Source of the DNA: Candidatus Brocadiia bacterium
GTDB taxonomy: Bacteria > Planctomycetota > MHYJ01 > JACQXL01 > JACQZI01
Length of the DNA stretch: 42,693 bases
Assembly (NCBI GenBank): GCA_020051675.1
Contig: JAGVQN010000103.1
Location: 1 to 42,693, forward strand
Reading direction: 5' to 3'
A model generated the notes under the pieces. It was not told the origin of the DNA. It worked only from the letters and a program-made list of their open reading frames with translations, and did no database searches. Below, in pieces: positions 8,101 through 15,837 of this stretch. Position 1 is the stretch's first letter; every line of letters starts with the position of its first letter. The position numbers and the translations under genes were made by a program.

Positions 8101-10129
8101 GCTTCGTGGTATATTCCCTGTCTTTTTCCTCGAGAAGTTTCGCCAGGCGGTTACGTTCGGCTTGTTCGGACTTATAAGATTCCTTTAAAGCGTTATATTC
8201 CCTGGTTAAGCTTTGCTGGGTTCGCTCCGCGTCTTTTAAATCGTCATCAAGCTTTAATTTTACGGTTGTTTCGTTCTTCAGCTCGTTCTGGAGCTTATCA
8301 ATCGTTTTTTCAAGAGGGCTGATACGCGATTCCAAATAGGATTTATCTCTTTGGAGAGCGACAATATCGTTGCCTTTTTTTTGCAGGTCTGTATTAAGAT
8401 TATCCTTTTCTTTTTGAAGTTCCTTAGCCTGCGTTTGCAGCTTGTTTATTTCGGCGTTAAGGTTGGAATTCAGCTTTTCCTTTTCGCTGTTCAGGCGGGC
8501 CAGTTCCTGCTGCTGGGTTTTTATCTGCTCCTCAAAACGCTTCTTTTCCAGCGCCATTGTCTGCTCAAGGGTCGATTTTTCCCGTGTTAAGGTGTTTATT
8601 TGCATTTCGCTTTTGTTTAATTTATCTTGCAAGCTTGAGTTGAGGCTGTCTTTTTCTTTTTGAAGCTCCTTAGCCTGCGTTTGCAGCTTGTTTATTTCGG
8701 CGTTCAGGCTGGTGCTTAGCTTATCTTTTTCCGTATTCAGGCGCGATAGTTCCTGCTGATATGTTTTCGCCTGTTCTTCGGAGCGTTTCTTTTCCAGCGC
8801 GATTGTCTGCTCGAGAGTCGATTTTTCCCGCGTTAAGGTGTTTACCTGAATCTCGCTTTTGGCCGATTTATCCTGCATCTCTGATTTAAAGCTGTCCTTT
8901 TCTTTTTGCAGGTCTTTTACCTGTATTTGCAGCTTGTTTATTTCGGCGTTCAGGCCGGAGTTCAGCTTTTCTTTTTCGCTATTCAGGCGGGTCAGTTCCT
9001 GCTGCTGGTTTTTTATCTGTTCCTCAAAACGCTTCTTTTCGATGGCCATGTTTTGCTCGCTGGTCGATTTTTCCCGCGTTAAGGTGTTTACCTGAATCTC
9101 GCTTTTGGCCAATTTATCCTGCAGGTCCTGTTTAGTGCGTTCCGTATCCTTTAGTGATTTTGCCAGGCTCGAAAGATTTTCATCTTTGTCTTTATTTTGT
9201 TTGGCCAGCAGGCTGACTTTTTCGTTCGCCGCGGATAGCTCGTAAGTTAATTTCTCCATGGACGCTTCATTATCCTGGATTTTCTTTTCCATCTCCTTGG
9301 TTTTTTGGGTGAGTTGCTTTGAGGAATCCAGGCTTTTTACTAATTGGCTGTTGGCGTCCTTCAAGCTTTCTTTGGTCTGATTTAGTTCCTTTAAGCAAGA
9401 ATCCGATTTCGCGGTTTCTTTTTTGAGTTCTTCCGACAGCTTGGTTTTTTCCGCTGTTACGGAGGCAAGGTCATTTTGAGTTTGTTTGAGTTGGGTTAGC
9501 AGGCGGATTTTCTCCTCCGTTTCCTGCGATAATTTTCTTTCCAGGTCGTGTGTTTTAGACGAAGAAACCGACAAATCGCGCCGCAGCGTTTCAGTCTCCT
9601 TTTTCCCTTTTTGGAGTTCTGCCTGGATTGAATCCCTTTCGGCTTGAGTTCGGCCGAGCTGTTCCTTTACATCGGCTAGCTGCCGCTGTATATTGCGAAT
9701 GTCCTTTTCAAAAGTGCGCTGGACCTCAGCGATTATCTCATCGCGTTTTTTGGATACTTCTATTAAAAGCTGGTCCCTTTCCTTTGCTATTTGGTCCGTT
9801 TTGGTTTTTAGCTCATCCTTTTCCCTGACAAGCCGGTCCCGTTCAACGACAATATCCTTGGTTTGGCTGGCCAGTTTCTCGTTTTGGGAAAGCAGGTCAT
9901 TGTAAGATTTTTGCTTTGCGGACAAGGATTCTCCCATCGAGTTGTTGGCTAAGACGTATTTTTCCAGCTCAGCCTTTAACTGGTTGATTTTACCCTCTTG
10001 TTCTTTTTGGGTTGCTGTCAGGTGCTCTCCTGATTTATCAACCTGGGACATGAAATAGAAACAAAGGATGTTTACCAGGACGGTATAGATAATCAGTAAG
10101 ATTAACAGTGGGCGATTGAATTTACTCAT
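5162..10129 (-). CDS. Giant (1655 aa) membrane-anchored coiled-coil protein with C-terminal TPR repeats
   Basis: N-terminal basic stretch plus TM (RPLLILLIIYTVLVNILCFYF). About 1500 aa follow of K/E/Q/L-rich heptad-like sequence. The C-terminus is TPR-like (NLGVAFTRAQMYLEAEQAYKNG...YYNLGMLYHQ...YTKYLELSP). AAGGAG lies 7 nt upstream of the ATG. Confidence 0.85.
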   Translation of the reverse strand: MSKFNRPLLILLIIYTVLVNILCFYFMSQVDKSGEHLTATQKEQEGKINQLKAELEKYVLANNSMGESLSAKQKSYNDLLSQNEKLASQTKDIVVERDRLVREKDELKTKTDQIAKERDQLLIEVSKKRDEIIAEVQRTFEKDIRNIQRQLADVKEQLGRTQAERDSIQAELQKGKKETETLRRDLSVSSSKTHDLERKLSQETEEKIRLLTQLKQTQNDLASVTAEKTKLSEELKKETAKSDSCLKELNQTKESLKDANSQLVKSLDSSKQLTQKTKEMEKKIQDNEASMEKLTYELSAANEKVSLLAKQNKDKDENLSSLAKSLKDTERTKQDLQDKLAKSEIQVNTLTREKSTSEQNMAIEKKRFEEQIKNQQQELTRLNSEKEKLNSGLNAEINKLQIQVKDLQKEKDSFKSEMQDKSAKSEIQVNTLTREKSTLEQTIALEKKRSEEQAKTYQQELSRLNTEKDKLSTSLNAEINKLQTQAKELQKEKDSLNSSLQDKLNKSEMQINTLTREKSTLEQTMALEKKRFEEQIKTQQQELARLNSEKEKLNSNLNAEINKLQTQAKELQKEKDNLNTDLQKKGNDIVALQRDKSYLESRISPLEKTIDKLQNELKNETTVKLKLDDDLKDAERTQQSLTREYNALKESYKSEQAERNRLAKLLEEKDREYTTKLTQLTKENSDKTITINSLSAENTESSKTLRRLEQVLEKTTAKAQEDRDKWSNEQRQLTGELHSIKDQLAQASRSIQDLTAERDRLTKDKETLQARMTESINQYNKTESQLENAKRELFSLQVTIDALNRTVTETTAANAKLNERLLFTQAEATELNRSLRTAETEKESALKQVNMLAERLNSLNEELSSQKKTAEKYKSDCSVLADENNTNRLKVESMSKEITLLENKKAVLENDLKDVSNKLAAERSDKMKVYADFTKADEKANKLTHENNTLKERVSSLEKSIVDCEKEITSGKTDKNKYTKELNDTQDKLTQTSREKTQLQDQLNRLQKERDDLVKNIAKEQEQKLAYYSQLQESTYKIAALENDLNRQKDALAREIKDKESYLKQMNTVREENASLNMKVSTLTDSVSREKMEKETYYKQFNESQKRLADLDKEVINLKGKTLAQENTITANAKIIKDMENSLLTAHEENQSVRQELNSAKNQITSLNEKVAMADSLAQDVKDLREKNTFQATTIANLEKENRDKLDELSASLRKEMSEKNEYLSQWKISQDKVSVLTKDVSRLENSNAQNEKIIAQTDQDLKKYIAENSKLSDSMKETNKKMLDVLKDKYDLNETIKKVSKEKESVEKQFESAQNQLSDLTREKTKLETSKNQLTAQVATLETSLKDQMTELNTQLKTLNADKKRFEDQVKQLNDYSSGLSRDNSSYKDKITQLDKQISQLETKLKTTDTDLNQVIQKERDEKYKIQTDLTATKEQNRGLTWQVSELTAKLENTNKTLTNLQNSLKDHDEETTKSLKDLRDRNSSLTKQLDDERATSKELRKVEMDLRDKALELEKEKTALKLDFDEKVSQEVKKIESDYINQVQELGVRLSQANKLVDKTKKDANFNLGVAFTRAQMYLEAEQAYKNGIVIDPMDRDFYYNLGMLYHQSMNRPEDAIVSYTKYLELSPKDDPKRAQVELWLNNSKDMLKNRNR
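8384..9121 (-). repeat. Three in-frame tandem repeats of 246 bp (82 aa) inside the giant gene
   Basis: Units begin at 9121, 8875 and 8629 on the minus strand. Each starts QDK(L/S)(A/N)KSE(I/M)Q(V/I)NTLTREKST and ends ...LQKEKD. They are roughly three-quarters identical at protein level by eye. Confidence 0.9.
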
Positions 10130-10338
10130 AAAATCTCCTTAAATTAATCAATTCTATATTAAAGCGTCCCGATAAACATCGGGGCGCTCTTTGTTCATTA
10201 TAAATAAAGAAAAATCCTGTTTTACCGGCTGAAGCAAAAATGACAGTGGTTGCGCGAGCCGTGATTTTGCTTAAAAAGCTTATGTACATTAAATAACGAA
10301 AACGATCATTAAAACAAGTCAGCATCAAATATCCCTGG

Positions 10339-10366
10339 ATTATAGCTGTAATAACAAAGATTGCAA
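10339..10366 (-). promoter_or_regulatory. Candidate sigma70-type promoter (TTGCAA-16-TATAAT) for the giant gene, implying a ~200-nt leader
   Basis: The minus strand reads ttgcaatctttgttattacagctataat. A hairpin, agcgccccga-tgtttat-tcgggacgct (10163-10188), lies in the leader just before the RBS. Confidence 0.4.
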
Positions 10367-10418
10367 GAATTTCCCGATTATTCACTAATAGTTTTCCTTG
10401 CGCTATAGTTAAAACAGT

Positions 10419-12068
10419 TTATTTTATTTCTCTTATTTCTTGCGGCGCAGGGCGTTCTATTTCTCTCTGTTTGGTCATCCAGGAGGCATCCGCATCGCCC
10501 GAGATAATAAACGGAGTAAGGAAAATAACCGTTTCTGTTTTTATCTTAACCGTTCCGGTCTGGCGGAACATCGGTCCGATTAAGGGGATATCCTTGGCAA
10601 TCGGGATTCCGCCTTTGGATTCGCGGTCTTCATCCCTGATTAATCCGGCGATTACGATGGTGATGCCGTCTTTAATCATTACCGTGCAATCGACATTGGT
10701 TGTCTGGATTATCGGAATAGGGTTGCCCTGGGAGGTTTGCACCCTGTTAATAACCGAGCTTATTTCGGGAACTATATGCATGCTGATATAATTGTCGGCG
10801 TTAATGGTCGGAGTAACGACTAATTCAATCCCGACATCCAGGAACTGGACATTTTCCGCCACTGATTGTCCGCCCTGGGTTGTCGTAACGGTCGTGGTGA
10901 CATAAGCTTCGCGGCTGCCGACCATGAATTTTGCCAGTTCATTATTCTGCGTTGCTAATCTCGGGCTGGAGATAGTCCTGACCGAGCCGAACATGCTTAG
11001 GGCTTTCAGCGCGGTCGTAAAATTATCCGGAGGGATGGTTCCGACCGTCGCGGTCAGGGTATCGGACGGCTTAGAATCAATCGCCACTGGGAACGGGTAT
11101 TTGCCCACAAGGTGCAGCCCTTTCCACGCGGATTGCGTGCTGAAAACCTTTTCCCATTCAACCCCGAGGTAATAAGTATCGTTAAGTTGAACCTGCACCA
11201 TTCTGGCTTCAATCATTACCTGCCTGGGTTTTACATCTAATTCCCTGATAAGCTTGTCAATATCGTTAAGGTTTTCGGTGGTATCGGTAATAAAAAGCTT
11301 GTTGGTCTTATCATCCACTCTCATTGTTCCCACCGGTGTCAGCATGCCTGTTCGGGTAAACAATGCTTCGATGGTGCTTGCTTTAGCATGTTTTGGTTCA
11401 AACACTTTTGTTTCAAGAGGAATATCAATGCTTTTAATAACTTCCTCAACGATTTTCATCCTTTCGGGGAACGCAATAATAATCAGGTTTTGGGAAGCTT
11501 CATCTGGTGTAATGCTAGTTGTTTGTCCTATGAAGTCGGTGAGCACTGCTTTTAAAATTGCCGCGACTTGGCTAGGCTTAAGGTTTTTTAGTTTAACAAT
11601 CTTAAGCTGACGATTTTCGTTATACTGGCGGCCATAAAGCTGCTGGAAGCGGGCAGCGGACATTACATTAATAATATTACCTTTGATTTCCATCCCTAAA
11701 TCGTTGTTTATCAAGGCGATTTCCAAAAGGTCGCCGACGGTGATGTTTTTAAGTTGGCCTAAAAATATGGATAGTTTTGTCTCAACAATTTCCTGCGAAG
11801 CGACAATATCAAGTCTGCCCACCTCTGCGATGGTTTTCAGGAAACTCCTGATTTGCGGGTCTACCCATGTCATTTCAGGAAATTGAGTGGACAGGCCGGC
11901 TCTTATTCCCGGAGGCATTTGGTTTCCGTCTGTCGGAGTTATTTTCTCTAATCTGGAAGTAGCCGAAGATATCTCCTCCGCCGGCTGTATGTTATCCGCA
12001 GAGAATACTTTTCCGTTTACCAAAAGCAATGCCAGACAAATACCGATTAAAAACATTTCTTTTTTCAT
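10419..12068 (-). CDS. Secretin (PilQ/MshL/GspD family outer-membrane channel)
   Basis: Signal peptide MKKEMFLIGICLALLLVNGKVFSA. C-terminal secretin signature SKGGIPIAKDIPLIGPMFR...VIFLTPFII. GAGGAGGGG lies upstream of the ATG. Confidence 0.8.
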   Translation of the reverse strand: MKKEMFLIGICLALLLVNGKVFSADNIQPAEEISSATSRLEKITPTDGNQMPPGIRAGLSTQFPEMTWVDPQIRSFLKTIAEVGRLDIVASQEIVETKLSIFLGQLKNITVGDLLEIALINNDLGMEIKGNIINVMSAARFQQLYGRQYNENRQLKIVKLKNLKPSQVAAILKAVLTDFIGQTTSITPDEASQNLIIIAFPERMKIVEEVIKSIDIPLETKVFEPKHAKASTIEALFTRTGMLTPVGTMRVDDKTNKLFITDTTENLNDIDKLIRELDVKPRQVMIEARMVQVQLNDTYYLGVEWEKVFSTQSAWKGLHLVGKYPFPVAIDSKPSDTLTATVGTIPPDNFTTALKALSMFGSVRTISSPRLATQNNELAKFMVGSREAYVTTTVTTTQGGQSVAENVQFLDVGIELVVTPTINADNYISMHIVPEISSVINRVQTSQGNPIPIIQTTNVDCTVMIKDGITIVIAGLIRDEDRESKGGIPIAKDIPLIGPMFRQTGTVKIKTETVIFLTPFIISGDADASWMTKQREIERPAPQEIREIK

Positions 12069-12131
12069 ACTTTTAACCCCTCCTCTCTACCAGACATTGC
12101 CTTACAACGGCAGGATTCAGTAGACACCTTC

Positions 12132-12878
12132 TTATTGATAAAACCCAAGAACCATTTCTTTATTAGAGTTTTCTTCTATTAATGTAACCGAATCTTCCTT
12201 GACTTCTCGTATTCGGAAAGAGTATTTGAAGTCCCCCCCTGGCGCAACGATGGTTCCTTGGATTCTTGTTTTGCCGTTAAGGGTTAATACATAAGATTCA
12301 CTTCCTTTTTCTATGGTCACCGCGGCTTTTTCTTTATCTATTTTAATAATACCGACTAATTTATAAGTCTTTCTTAATTGTTCTATCAACGGGTCAACTT
12401 GAATTGGCGGAGGAGGCGGGTTTTCAATTGTTATAGGAGTATTAGTAACCGGAGCGGGTATTTCCGGTTTTGGCTTTTCCGGCGGCACAAATATGTTTCT
12501 TTCTTTTAAGGGTTGAGTGAAATGTATGATATCTTCGATTTCGGGCAATACGATGTTAGGGGTGGCGGTTTTCTTGAAATTATCCAGTTCTAGCATCTTT
12601 CTTGTAATATCGGCCTGGGCATGGCTTATTTGCCAGACCAGATAAAGCGCTAATAGGATGCTTACTAATGTAAGAAAGCGATTTGCTAATTTAAGCGAGA
12701 TTGTTTTAACTGAGAAGAATTTAGAAAGCGAACCCGCGCGCGATAAAAACGAAAGCGCAGTTGTTTCTTCTTTAGGCGTGGGTTTTTCCACCACGGTCGG
12801 CTCTGATGCCGGAGCGGCGGTTTTATCCTCGCCCTCAATCAGCCTTAACAATTGTTCTTCCGGAGATAGATTTTCCAT
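12132..12878 (-). CDS. Bitopic membrane protein with a proline-rich linker and a PilP/GspC-HR-like C-terminal beta domain (inferred secretin partner)
   Basis: TM FLTLVSILLALYLVWQI, linker PPEKPKPEIPAPV...PPPPPIQ, and C-terminal YKLVGIIKIDKEKAAVTIEKGSESYVLTLNG...VKEDSVTLIE. AGGTGA lies upstream of the ATG. The functional call is inference only. Confidence 0.6.
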   Translation of the reverse strand: MENLSPEEQLLRLIEGEDKTAAPASEPTVVEKPTPKEETTALSFLSRAGSLSKFFSVKTISLKLANRFLTLVSILLALYLVWQISHAQADITRKMLELDNFKKTATPNIVLPEIEDIIHFTQPLKERNIFVPPEKPKPEIPAPVTNTPITIENPPPPPIQVDPLIEQLRKTYKLVGIIKIDKEKAAVTIEKGSESYVLTLNGKTRIQGTIVAPGGDFKYSFRIREVKEDSVTLIEENSNKEMVLGFYQ

Positions 12879-12891
12879 AAATCACCTGTCT

Positions 12892-13767
12892 CTAAGCAAT
12901 CATCCCTTTTATGCCGGCCGTTGTCTTATTGGGAATCGACCAGCCGTTATTTATTTCCGATTCCATGATTTCCTTTACCGTACGGCCGTCTACGATGGCC
13001 TTACTTTTCATGACGACCGCTTTAAGCGCCTTATGGCATAAAAGCGTTACCTGCCTGGGATACCCTTTGGTATAATGGTATATCTCCCTTAAGGCGTCTT
13101 CGCCGAACAGATTAACCGTGCCGGTATAACCGGCTTGTTTAATGCGGAAGTGTATCATTTCGGCCATTTCTTTTTCGTCCATAGCGTTAAGCGTATACTT
13201 AAAGCTGATGCGGTCCATCAGGTTAGCCATCGGAGCCAGTTTTGAATAAAGTTCAAGCTGGCCGAATAAAACCAGTTGGAGAAGCTTATACTCATTGGTT
13301 TCGTAGTTTAAAAGCACCCGCAAAACCTCCAGCGAGGTGTTTTCCAGCTTCTGGGCCTCGTCAATAATTAAAACCACGGTTTTACTCTGTTCCACCACCT
13401 TCTGGAACAGAAAATGTTCTAACGCTTCCTTTAATTCCACGCGGGAGGTATTATGGCTGTCCGCGTTCACCCCAAAAAGCCTTATCAGGGAGGCTAAGAA
13501 AATATGCTCGGTATCATAGGTCGGGTCAAATATCATATGGAATTCAAATCCTTCCCGTTCTTTAAGGCTTTGGACGAGTTTCCTGGAAAGAGTCGTTTTC
13601 CCCGTCCCGATATCTCCCATCACCACGCTTAATCCCCTCCGGAGCCTCAATTCAATCAATAGATTGGTCATAACCGTTTTATGGCCGCTGGACAGGTAGA
13701 AAAACTCCGGGTCCGGGCTTGTCGAAAACGGCTCTTTTTCCAAACCTAACGTTTTATAATAACTCAT
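12892..13767 (-). CDS. ExeA/GspA/MshM-like AAA ATPase
   Basis: N-terminus YYKTLGLEKEPFSTSPDPEFFY, Walker A GDIGTGKTT and Walker B VLIIDEAQ. At 291 aa it is the MshM-size form, with no TM or peptidoglycan-binding extension. Confidence 0.75.
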   Translation of the reverse strand: MSYYKTLGLEKEPFSTSPDPEFFYLSSGHKTVMTNLLIELRLRRGLSVVMGDIGTGKTTLSRKLVQSLKEREGFEFHMIFDPTYDTEHIFLASLIRLFGVNADSHNTSRVELKEALEHFLFQKVVEQSKTVVLIIDEAQKLENTSLEVLRVLLNYETNEYKLLQLVLFGQLELYSKLAPMANLMDRISFKYTLNAMDEKEMAEMIHFRIKQAGYTGTVNLFGEDALREIYHYTKGYPRQVTLLCHKALKAVVMKSKAIVDGRTVKEIMESEINNGWSIPNKTTAGIKGMIA

Positions 13768-13925
13768 AATTCTTATAGCGCCTTATCGCTATATTAAGTA
13801 TACAACATCCGGATGCCTTTTGTCAACTCCAAGCTGTTTTTCTTAGTAAAATTTTTATAGACATCTTTCAGTTATTTCCGTATCATATATATCGGATATT
13901 TACGGATAAGACATAAATAAAAATT

Positions 13926-14696
13926 ATGAAAAATACGGATTCTTCCAATAAAGAAGCCTCGGCCTGGGCTATAATCGAGAAAATACGTGACGAGCGCGGC
14001 ATTCCCAAAAAGACTTTGGCCGAGCGTTTAGGCATAAATTATAGCTATCTGGTTGATCTTTTGAACGGGCGTTATACCAGCAAGATTGACAGCCACAAAA
14101 TCCAGATTCTTTCGGATGTTTTCCGTATTTCCACGAATAAACTGCTTAAATTCCTGAATGCAAAGAATAACATGGCTAATATTCCGGATTTTCTGGGAGA
14201 TACCCGTCCCGACGTAACGTCGGGGCAGGCGGAAGCGGTCATCTATTCTAAACCAGAGCTCCAAAATCCAGAATTGCCCGCTGCCTTTCCAGTCGCATCA
14301 CGTATAAACCTGATTCGGCATAAATCAGAGGCGGTTATCACCCCTGCGTCAAAACTGATGGGTTTCCCGCAGTCTTTTCCTAATACGGAAGAATACAGCT
14401 TGAAATGCACCAATAATCCTGATATTATCGCCATAAAGCTGGATGATGATTCCATGCACCCCCCTTTCCCGGTCGGGACTATTTTCTTTGTGGACACAAG
14501 GCGCAAGGCGGCGTTAAAAAACCTGGTTTTTACCATAATCCAGGACGGGCGCAGCTGGTTTAGGGAGTGGTATTACACCCTTGACACAAAGGAGATAATC
14601 CTAAAGGCATATAATCCCGGTTACGATTATATCCAGATTCTTATTGAGGATATAGTAAAAATGTATCCTATGGTCGGGATGGAAATTAACCCATAA
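13926..14696 (+). CDS. XRE-family HTH fused to an S24 (LexA/CI-like) peptidase domain
   Basis: HTH KKTLAERLGINYSYLVDLLNG. C-terminal IAIKLDDDSMHPPFPVGTIFFVD and a later ILKAYNP supply candidate Ser and Lys. It is divergent from the secretin block. Confidence 0.7.
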   Translation: MKNTDSSNKEASAWAIIEKIRDERGIPKKTLAERLGINYSYLVDLLNGRYTSKIDSHKIQILSDVFRISTNKLLKFLNAKNNMANIPDFLGDTRPDVTSGQAEAVIYSKPELQNPELPAAFPVASRINLIRHKSEAVITPASKLMGFPQSFPNTEEYSLKCTNNPDIIAIKLDDDSMHPPFPVGTIFFVDTRRKAALKNLVFTIIQDGRSWFREWYYTLDTKEIILKAYNPGYDYIQILIEDIVKMYPMVGMEINP

Positions 14697-14707
14697 TCGG
14701 GGTAAGG

Positions 14708-15148
14708 TTATTTTAAGGCCTTGGATATGGAAATTTCATTGCCAAGTTCGTTATAAGAGAGTTCGTCCGTGCATTTCCTGATTAAGGCGATTCCCAAGCC
14801 CCCCAGCTTGCCTAAAGCGGCTTTTTTAATCAGCGCCTGGGGATTAAAGTCCGAAATCGGCTGATCAGTCATTGATTTATGGTCAAAACCGTTGCCTTCA
14901 TCCCTGATTCGGCAGGTTATTTTATCATGGCAGACCAGGCACTCGACATCCAAAGACTTGTTTTTATCAAGCTTATTACCGTGGTTGATAGCGTTATCCA
15001 AAGCCTCGCCCATGGCGATTATGAATTCTTTTCTCTTTTCTTGGTTAATCACGGCGATATCCAGTAATTCATCTATAATATCAAAGATTTTACGGGTATA
15101 TTGAGGCTGGGTAGAAAACCTCAGCGTTAAGACTTGTTCATGGTGCAT
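14708..15148 (-). CDS. RsbW/SpoIIAB-like anti-sigma factor serine kinase (HATPase_c)
   Basis: N box ALDNAINHGN, G1 DEGNGFD and G2 GGLGIALI in a 146-aa protein. Confidence 0.75.
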   Translation of the reverse strand: MHHEQVLTLRFSTQPQYTRKIFDIIDELLDIAVINQEKRKEFIIAMGEALDNAINHGNKLDKNKSLDVECLVCHDKITCRIRDEGNGFDHKSMTDQPISDFNPQALIKKAALGKLGGLGIALIRKCTDELSYNELGNEISISKALK

Positions 15149-15213
15149 AATTTATTTTTTAGTGTTATTTAGTGTTTTAATTATAATAAAATATAGTGAA
15201 AAGTCAATCTTTT

Positions 15214-15756
15214 TTACAGAATGATTTCCCCCTTAAGTTTATCCTTCAAGTTTTCGCGTGCCCGGAAAAGAAGCGATTTTACCGCTGATACGGATAGCTT
15301 CATTGATTGCCCGATTTCCTCATAGGAAAGCTCCTCGTATTTATTGAGGATAACCACCATTTTTTGGTTGGTCGGAAGCGAATCAAGCGCTTGACGCACC
15401 GCAATCTGGAGTTCCGTTTGCTTGAAATTATCCGAGACCGATTTATTGCGGGTGTCTTCTATATTTAACTCCCGGTTTTCATCCTTATTAAAAATAGAAA
15501 AAGTGTGGTGCCTTTTGGTGTCGCGTATTTTATTCAGGCAAAGATTAGTCAGGATAGTAAAAAGCCAGTAACGGAAAGGGCAAGTCGGGCGGTAGGTTTC
15601 CTTGGATTTGAATACACGGATAAAAACTTCCTGCGACAGGTCTTCAGCTTCAGCCCGGTCGTTGGTATAGCGGTAAATAGTATTAATCACGCTGGTTTCA
15701 TATTTACGGATAAGCTCTTCGAATGCGGAAAGGTTCCCTTTTTGGAATTGAGTCAT
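15214..15756 (-). CDS. ECF-type RNA polymerase sigma-70 family factor
   Basis: Region 2 AEDLSQEVFIRVF...YWLFTILTNLCLNKIR and region 4 LSYEEIGQSMKLSVSAVKSLLFRAR. Confidence 0.85.
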   Translation of the reverse strand: MTQFQKGNLSAFEELIRKYETSVINTIYRYTNDRAEAEDLSQEVFIRVFKSKETYRPTCPFRYWLFTILTNLCLNKIRDTKRHHTFSIFNKDENRELNIEDTRNKSVSDNFKQTELQIAVRQALDSLPTNQKMVVILNKYEELSYEEIGQSMKLSVSAVKSLLFRARENLKDKLKGEIIL

Positions 15757-15837
15757 TAAGCCGATATCGGGGTCTGTTAAAACGGATTCGTTCTTAGGAA
15801 TGGCTGTACCCTCTTCTTCCCAACCAACAAAACACAG

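Noticed and set aside
8384-9121. Regularly spaced repeats that could be mistaken for a CRISPR-like array
   Set aside because: The repeats are 246 bp long, contiguous with no spacers, and in frame within a protein-coding gene. They are not CRISPR.
5634-9905. Many plus-strand ORFs (60-170 aa) inside the giant gene
   Set aside because: They are antisense to a well-supported 1655-aa ORF. Their S/F/L-rich low-complexity translations are the mirror image of the K/E/Q/L-rich coiled-coil codons.
10122-10385. 87-aa minus-strand ORF between the secretin and the giant gene
   Set aside because: It spans the candidate promoter and leader of the giant gene and overlaps that gene's start. It has no RBS, and the translated sequence is unremarkable and hydrophobic. 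It is most likely non-coding leader.
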